Source: Nostoc punctiforme PCC 73102 (GTDB taxonomy: Bacteria; Cyanobacteriota; Cyanobacteriia; Cyanobacteriales; Nostocaceae). From it: 32,000 bases of DNA. Made by a program: the position numbers and the translations under genes. Below are positions 26,744 to 32,000 of this stretch, in pieces. Under the pieces are notes generated by a model. That model was not told the origin of the DNA, ran no database searches, and saw only the letters and a program-made list of their open reading frames with translations. The stretch is from contig NC_010628.1 in NCBI RefSeq assembly GCF_000020025.1, forward strand, positions 870,001 to 902,000, in the 5' to 3' direction. Numbering within the stretch: the stretch's first letter is position 1; each line of letters begins with the position of its first letter.

Positions 26744-28099
26744 ATGCAAGTTTCAGAAAATGCTGTTAATAATACGGCTAGTTTAAAGAATTTGAAGGGG
26801 TTTGATGTTAATCATCCACCTGACCCAAAGTTGATTGATAGCTGTGTACATTGTGGGTTTTGTCTATCGACTTGTCCCAGTTATCGGGTGCTTGGTAAGG
26901 AGATGGATTCTCCTAGAGGACGCATATATTTAATGGATGCAATTAATGAGGGTGAGATTGCTCTCAATACGGCAACGGTAGAACATTTTGATTCTTGTTT
27001 GGGATGCCTTGCTTGTGTGAGTACTTGTCCTTCTGGGGTGCAGTATGACAAATTGATTTCTGCAACTCGTCACCAAGTTGAACGGAATTATCCCCGCAGT
27101 TTGCCAGATCAATTTTTTCGTCAACTGATATTTTCTCTTTTTCCCTATCCCAATCTTTTAAGGATTTTATTAGTTCCGTTGTTGGTTTATCAAAAATTGG
27201 GGTTTACTAAATTCTTTCGGGCTACAGGTTTACTCAATAAAATATCCCCTCGTTTGGCAGCAATGGAATCAATTCTGCCAGAAATTACTCTCAAATCTTT
27301 TCAAGATAAATTGCCTAGTGTGATTCCTGCTAAAGGTGAGAAGCGCTATCGAGTCGGAGTAATTTTGGGATGCGTGCAACGGCTGTTTTTCTCTCCAGTG
27401 AATGAAGCAACGGTGAGGGTTTTAACAGCGAATGGTTGTGAAGTTGTGATTCCCAAATCTCAAGGTTGTTGTGCGGCGCTTCCCGAACACCAAGGACAAA
27501 CAGAACAGGCGAAAGCTTTAGCAAGGCAGATGATTGATAGTTTTGCTAACACTAATGTCGATTTTGTGATTATCAATGCTGCTGGTTGTGGTCATACTTT
27601 AAAAGAATACGGTCACATTTTAGAAGATGACCTTGAATATCGGGAAAAGGCGAAGGATTTTGCAGCTAAAGTTAAAGATGCTCAAGAGTTTTTGGCAACT
27701 GTTGGTATAACAGCGAAACTGTCGCCACTCACTGATAAACCGTTGAATTTAGTTTATCAAGATGCCTGTCATTTATTGCATGGTCAAAAGATTAGCGTGC
27801 AACCGCGTCAGGTATTGCGACAAATTCCAGAGGTGAAGTTGAGAGAACCAGTAGATGCGGCTTTATGTTGTGGCAGTGCTGGAGTTTATAATATGCTGCA
27901 ACCGGAAGTTGCTGAAGAATTGGGCCAGCAAAAAGTACAGAATTTGTTGAATACTGGTGCTGAGTTAATTGCTTCTGCTAATCCGGGGTGTACTTTGCAA
28001 ATTACGAAGCATTTGCAGTTACAAGGTAAGAATATTTCAGTTATTCACCCGATGGAGTTGTTAGATTATTCAATTCGGGGTGAAAAGTTGAAATTATAG
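26744..28099 (+). CDS. glcF: Glycolate oxidase/dehydrogenase iron-sulfur subunit GlcF
   Basis: It has two 4Fe-4S ferredoxin motifs (CVHCGFCLSTCPSY and CLGCLACVSTCPSG) and two CCG-type Cys-rich domains (GCCAALP, ALCCGSAG). Confidence 0.88.
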   Translation: MQVSENAVNNTASLKNLKGFDVNHPPDPKLIDSCVHCGFCLSTCPSYRVLGKEMDSPRGRIYLMDAINEGEIALNTATVEHFDSCLGCLACVSTCPSGVQYDKLISATRHQVERNYPRSLPDQFFRQLIFSLFPYPNLLRILLVPLLVYQKLGFTKFFRATGLLNKISPRLAAMESILPEITLKSFQDKLPSVIPAKGEKRYRVGVILGCVQRLFFSPVNEATVRVLTANGCEVVIPKSQGCCAALPEHQGQTEQAKALARQMIDSFANTNVDFVIINAAGCGHTLKEYGHILEDDLEYREKAKDFAAKVKDAQEFLATVGITAKLSPLTDKPLNLVYQDACHLLHGQKISVQPRQVLRQIPEVKLREPVDAALCCGSAGVYNMLQPEVAEELGQQKVQNLLNTGAELIASANPGCTLQITKHLQLQGKNISVIHPMELLDYSIRGEKLKL

Positions 28100-28247
28100 A
28101 CGTTTGCTAGCTGCGTTGTGCATTTACTTTTGACTTTGACAACAGAGTTTTAGCCTTAACTGAACCTGTCCACACAAAAGACCTCTTCCTGGTTTTACTA
28201 CGCAAAACCTGTCCCTCTCCGACTCGGAAAGGGACAGACTTGAACGC

Positions 28248-28268
28248 AAGTTCAAGGCAGGGAGAGGT
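28248..28268. repeat. Dispersed 21-bp repeat, an inverted copy of 24934-24954
   Basis: AAGTTCAAGGCAGGGAGAGGT is the exact reverse complement of ACCTCTCCCTGCCTTGAACTT at 24934-24954. Both overlap a CTTGAAC..GTTCAAG hairpin. Confidence 0.85.
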
Positions 28269-28398
28269 CTGTCGAACTCACGTTTTTTATGGAAGTTCTT
28301 AATCAGTCGCTTTGAAGAAGTTTTTTCCGAAATCGCCGCTTTATCATCTGTATAATTACTGAAATGGGCAAGAGTGTCAGGCTAATTTCGGGTGATTT

Positions 28399-29706
28399 GT
28401 GATGAAACTAGATTTAGTCAGGTTTTTTCAAGCTTGCAACCCCAGTAAAACTCTGGTTGTGAGCAAGCCGGAGGATAGACAATATTATATTGATTTCTCT
28501 AAAGTTCGTGGTGCCAAGATTATTGAAGAACTTGGGCGAACTATCACCCGCCTTTCACCTGAACAACCTACTTGTCAATTATTTACCGGACATATCGGTT
28601 GTGGCAAATCCACTGAGTTACTGCGGCTAAAGGCAGAGTTAGAGCAGCAGGGATTTCATGTGGTTTATTTCGAGTCTAGCCAAAGCCTCGATATGGCTGA
28701 TATTGATGTTACAGATATTTTACTGGCAGTAGCTCGTGAGGTGAGTCAAAGCCTGGAAGCAATAAAAATTAATCTCAAACCAGGATACTTTAAAAATCTA
28801 TTTACGGAAATTTCTGAGTTTTTGCAAACGCCTCTAGATATTGGGGTAGAGGCTGAATTATCTGTAGGTATTGCTAAGATTACTGCCAAAACTAAAGATA
28901 GTCCCAAACTTCGCGGCCAGTTACGGCAATATTTAGAACCGCGCACCAACGGCATTTTAGAATCAATTAACAAAGAATTGCTCAAGCCTGCTAGAGAAAA
29001 ACTCAAGCAGGAAGGTAAAAAAGGACTGGTGGTAATTATAGATAATCTCGACAGAGTGGATAATTCTTTGAAGCCTTCGGGTTATTACCAGCCAGAATAT
29101 CTCTTTGTGGAACGGGGTGAACAGTTAAACCAGCTAAATTGTCATGTTGTTTATACCATTCCCTTAGTGTTGATTTTTTCCAACGCTTTAGGAAGGTTAA
29201 TAAATCGTTTTGGCATAGACCCCAAGGTTTTGCCGATGGTTCCTGTGCAAGTACAAGATGGTTCGCAATTTTTACAAGGAATCACGCTGCTGCAACAGAT
29301 GGTTATGGCGAGGGCTTTTCCTGGTGTCAGTTGGGAACAAAGCCGGCATTTAATTACCGAGGTTTTTGATAGTCTTGATACTTTAGAGCGACTTTGCCGA
29401 GTTAGCGGCGGTCATTTGCGTAATTTGCTGATGTTATTGTTTCGCTGTCTTCAGCAAGAAGACCCACCTTTGTCGCGGGAGTGTGTGGATAGAGTGATTA
29501 AACAACGCCGCAATGAGCTAACTTTGGCAATTACGCCCGATGAATGGGAATTACTGCATGAGGTAGCGCAAGAGAAAAATTTAAGAGGTCATGAAAGATA
29601 CGACCTTTTGCTCCGTAGTATGTTTGTATTTGAATACCGGGATGAGGATGGTTCTTGGTTTGATATCAATCCGATTTTGGCTGAAGCCAAGGAATTTAGG
29701 TTATGA
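28399..29706 (+). CDS. Standalone P-loop NTPase, ORC/Cdc6- or STAND-like with a C-terminal winged-helix-like region
   Basis: 435 aa. Walker A is FTGHIGCGKSTELLRL and Walker B is LVVIIDNLDRVD. A GG-h-hR-hL element (VSGGHLRNLLMLL) is typical of the helical/WH module of Arch_ATPase/STAND proteins. Start is GTG 28399 or ATG 28402. Confidence 0.7.
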   Translation: MMKLDLVRFFQACNPSKTLVVSKPEDRQYYIDFSKVRGAKIIEELGRTITRLSPEQPTCQLFTGHIGCGKSTELLRLKAELEQQGFHVVYFESSQSLDMADIDVTDILLAVAREVSQSLEAIKINLKPGYFKNLFTEISEFLQTPLDIGVEAELSVGIAKITAKTKDSPKLRGQLRQYLEPRTNGILESINKELLKPAREKLKQEGKKGLVVIIDNLDRVDNSLKPSGYYQPEYLFVERGEQLNQLNCHVVYTIPLVLIFSNALGRLINRFGIDPKVLPMVPVQVQDGSQFLQGITLLQQMVMARAFPGVSWEQSRHLITEVFDSLDTLERLCRVSGGHLRNLLMLLFRCLQQEDPPLSRECVDRVIKQRRNELTLAITPDEWELLHEVAQEKNLRGHERYDLLLRSMFVFEYRDEDGSWFDINPILAEAKEFRL

Positions 29707-29760
29707 ATCAATACGCTTGGGTTAAGGAGAATTCTAGTAATAAAATTACCATAGCCGTTG

Positions 29761-29855
29761 GTTTCGACTTCTCTGCGAGACGCTACGCGTAGCTTGCTTC
29801 CCCGGAGGGGTACGCTCAATCAACTGAGTGGTCGAGAGTTGAGCGAAGTCGAAAC
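29761..29855. repeat. Roughly 95-nt nested-palindrome element
   Basis: The outer 11-bp stem is GTTTCGACTTC/GAAGTCGAAAC. Inside are GCTACGCGTAGC (a 12-bp palindrome), CCCCGGAGGGG, and CGCTCAA..TTGAGCG. Confidence 0.7.
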
Positions 29856-29974
29856 TCATCAACCTGGGTATATTCTTTGTCAAAAATCACCTTAACATAG
29901 CTTGAAATGGTTGTGCCGACTTACTTATCAGGTATTTTGTGAAATGCTATAACGTTAAGCATCTCAGTCGTGAC

Positions 29975-30320
29975 GGGAGCGGTTCCAGGGTTAACGGGAG
30001 TGGTTCCAGGGTTAACGGGAACGGTTCCAGGGTTGACGGGAACGGTTCCAGGGTTGACGGGAACCGTTCCAGGGTTGACGGGAACCGTTCCAGGGTTAAC
30101 GGGAGTGGTTCTGGGGTTAACGGGAGTGGTTCTGGGGTTAACGGGAGTGGTTCCAATACGGTTCGATTAGTGATATTTTGCCCTGGAGATCCCCCCAACC
30201 CCCCTTAAAAAGGGGGGCTTATAATCCTCTTTTACCCCCTTTTTAAGGGGGTCGCCGCAGGCGGGAGGATCTTAACCGAACCGTATTGGGAGCGGTTCCA
30301 GGGTTAACGGGAGCGGTATT
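29975..30320. repeat. 21-bp tandem repeat array with about 9 units, an insert, then about 1.5 more units
   Basis: Units of GGGA(G/A)(C/T)(G/C)GTTC(C/T)(A/G)GGGTT(A/G)AC run in exact 21-nt register from 29975 to 30154. The array resumes at 30288-30308 plus a partial unit. All three-frame ORFs over it are heptapeptide-repeat artefacts. Confidence 0.9.
30153..30289. mobile_element. MITE-like 137-bp insertion inside the tandem array
   Basis: The terminal inverted repeats are CCAATACGGTTCG (30153-30165) and CGAACCGTATTGG (30277-30289). Two internal G/C-clamp hairpins are present (CCCCCCTT-AAA-AAGGGGGG and ACCCCCTT-TTT-AAGGGGGT). No coding capacity. Confidence 0.6.
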
Positions 30321-30357
30321 ACACCAATTCTCTGTGAATTAGCTACTTATTTATATT

Positions 30358-32000
30358 ATGAGTAATCAGCAAGAGCCAGAAAATTTACCCTTTGACAATG
30401 AGCATTCATTGCAAACTTTAGTGCGGACAATTAGGCTTTCTCAGGGAGAATTTTCGCTGATTTTGCTGCGTTGTAATTATGCTGCTTTACGTAAGCGGAT
30501 GGTAGAACGTCTGCGCCAATTATCTCCTGTACGCATTCATGAAATTACTTTACCTGCATCAGTTAAAACGCTTTACACAAATATTCGTGAACAATTGGGC
30601 GATGAACAGCCACCAGCATTAATGATTTTTGGTTTGGAGTCTGTTAAAGATATTGATACAGTTCTGACTTCAGCTAACCAAGTACGGGAAGAGTTTAAAA
30701 AGAACTTCTCGTTTCCGATCTTGTTATGGGTTAATGATTCAGTTCTGCAAAAATTTATTCGATTAGCAACTGATTTGGAGAATTGGGCAACTATCATTGA
30801 GTTTGAAAACCCTACCGATGAGTTAGTAAATTTTCTTCAGCAAAAAAGTGATGAAATATTTGCTGATGAGGTAACGCCTAATCCCCAAATGTGCCGAGAA
30901 CTAAAAACCGCCCGTCAGGATTTGCAAAATCGAGGAGAAGTATTAGAACCAGCACTTCAAGCAAGTTTAGAGTTTGTGCTTGGTTTAAATAATTATCTAC
31001 ATGACCAGATAGATGATGCTTTCGCAGATTATCAACACAGTTTGGGGTTTTGGCAAGAAAGTAACTATTTAGAACGACAAGGTATATTACTCGTTAATAT
31101 TGCTTTGGCGTATAATCGCCGAGCTGAAAAAAATCAGACAGAAAATCAACGCTATTGGCAAGAGTCTAAAAATTACCTTCAGCAAGCTATTGGAATTTTT
31201 GAACAAGCACAACGTTCAGATTTAGTTGCAAAATATATTACTAAACTGGGTGAAGTTCTGCGACATCTGCAAGCATGGATAGAGTTGCAAAGCCTTGTTG
31301 AAAAATCTCTGCCGCTACATCAGAATTATGGCACATCGTTGCAATTGGCTAAAGATTATGGTTTTTTGGCAGAGGTAGCTTTAGAGCAATCACGCTGGGA
31401 TGAAGCTAATCAACTCGCGAAGCAAACATTACAAATATTAGCTGATATACCTAATATTAAATCAGACGAATTTGGGCTGTATCGGTTTATTTTAGCCAAG
31501 TCGCAACAGGCTTTAGGTCAAGTTAAAGCAGCAATTAATAATTTAGAAGCTGCAAAAAAGGAAAGTAATCATCAGTACAACCCGCATTTATATATATCTA
31601 TATTAGAGAGGCTACGCTCACTCTACTTTGGGGAGGGTGAATATCTAAAAGCTTTTTATATTAAGCAAGAGCAATTACAAATTGAACAACAGTATGGTTT
31701 TCGCGCCTTTGTTGGTGCATCTTATCTTAATCCGCAACGACAGGCAATTAATTCTGCACAGTCGCAAGTGGAAAACCCGGAAACAATTGCTCAAGAAATT
31801 GCCGCTTCTGGGCGGGGACAAGATGTGAAGCGGTTGCGAGAAAGAATTGGCGGGACTGAGCATAAATTGACTGTAATTCATGGTCAATCAGGAGTGGGTA
31901 AAAGTTCAATTTTGCAGGGTGGGTTAATTCCGGCGCTGCAACAGCAAGCAATTGGTGAGCGAGATGCTTTACCTATTTTGTTGCGAGTTTATACAGATTG
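30358..32000 (+). CDS. Large TPR-containing STAND-type NTPase, N-terminal 547 codons, truncated by the window end
   Basis: The frame is open from ATG 30358 to the window end (I translated it by hand and found no stops). It is absent from the ORF track because it has no stop. TPR-like helical repeats span about aa 200-430. A P-loop follows: KLTVIHGQSGVGKSSILQGGLIPAL. Confidence 0.8.
   Translation, partial: MSNQQEPENLPFDNEHSLQTLVRTIRLSQGEFSLILLRCNYAALRKRMVERLRQLSPVRIHEITLPASVKTLYTNIREQLGDEQPPALMIFGLESVKDIDTVLTSANQVREEFKKNFSFPILLWVNDSVLQKFIRLATDLENWATIIEFENPTDELVNFLQQKSDEIFADEVTPNPQMCRELKTARQDLQNRGEVLEPALQASLEFVLGLNNYLHDQIDDAFADYQHSLGFWQESNYLERQGILLVNIALAYNRRAEKNQTENQRYWQESKNYLQQAIGIFEQAQRSDLVAKYITKLGEVLRHLQAWIELQSLVEKSLPLHQNYGTSLQLAKDYGFLAEVALEQSRWDEANQLAKQTLQILADIPNIKSDEFGLYRFILAKSQQALGQVKAAINNLEAAKKESNHQYNPHLYISILERLRSLYFGEGEYLKAFYIKQEQLQIEQQYGFRAFVGASYLNPQRQAINSAQSQVENPETIAQEIAASGRGQDVKRLRERIGGTEHKLTVIHGQSGVGKSSILQGGLIPALQQQAIGERDALPILLRVYTD

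Noticed and set aside
29939-30208. Three long ORFs over the 21-bp array (29939-30208 +, 29970-30170 +, 29947-30198 -) encoding GSGSRVN / TGVVPGL / LEPLPLT heptapeptide repeats
   Set aside because: A 21-nt unit is open in several frames on both strands simply because it lacks stops. The array is interrupted by a MITE-like insert and there is no plausible start context. I treat it as non-coding tandem DNA.
29975-30320. Possible CRISPR array
   Set aside because: The units are directly abutting with no unique spacers, the unit length of 21 bp is too short, and no cas genes lie nearby. The same reasoning applies to the iteron block at 13149-13510.

Overview
This looks like a chromosomal window from a filamentous, Nostocales-like cyanobacterium. 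Evidence: many HIP1 GCGATCGC palindromes, STRR-type heptamer arrays, an SLH/OprB porin and a CpcT bilin lyase. Core genes are the porin, an 818-aa-frame membrane protein, thrC, cpcT, tRNA-Cys, hisC, a Tam-like methyltransferase, an RluE-like pseudouridine synthase, glcE and glcF.

The main finding is an 8.1-kb integrative element (9021-17153) inserted in the 3' half of tRNA-Cys(GCA) and bounded by a perfect 45-bp direct repeat. It carries:
- a tyrosine integrase next to attR;
- a VirE/D5-like helicase followed directly by an iteron and AT-rich origin-like block;
- three small ribbon-helix-helix proteins;
- a Mu-gp27/DUF3486-like HTH protein followed by phased 10-bp repeats;
- a PD-(D/E)xK-like protein and a membrane-anchored protein on the opposite strand.

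I see no capsid, tail, large terminase or relaxase genes. The layout therefore resembles a PICI/P4-type phage satellite or a small replicative integrative element, rather than a prophage or ICE.

Other notable regions:
- A decaying sulfonate locus. ssuD is split by a 1738-bp IS5/IS1182-type element with a 6-bp duplication, a beta-carbonic-anhydrase-like gene is frameshifted, and ssuE is intact.
- The right end holds a standalone ORC/STAND-like P-loop ATPase, a structured repeat, a 21-bp tandem array interrupted by a MITE-like insert, and the first 547 codons of a large TPR + STAND NTPase that runs off the window.
- The left 1.3 kb is an AT-rich region with no ORF in the supplied track except one I reject (111-308), and three intrinsic terminators.

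All functional calls come from motif recognition by eye. No database search was run.
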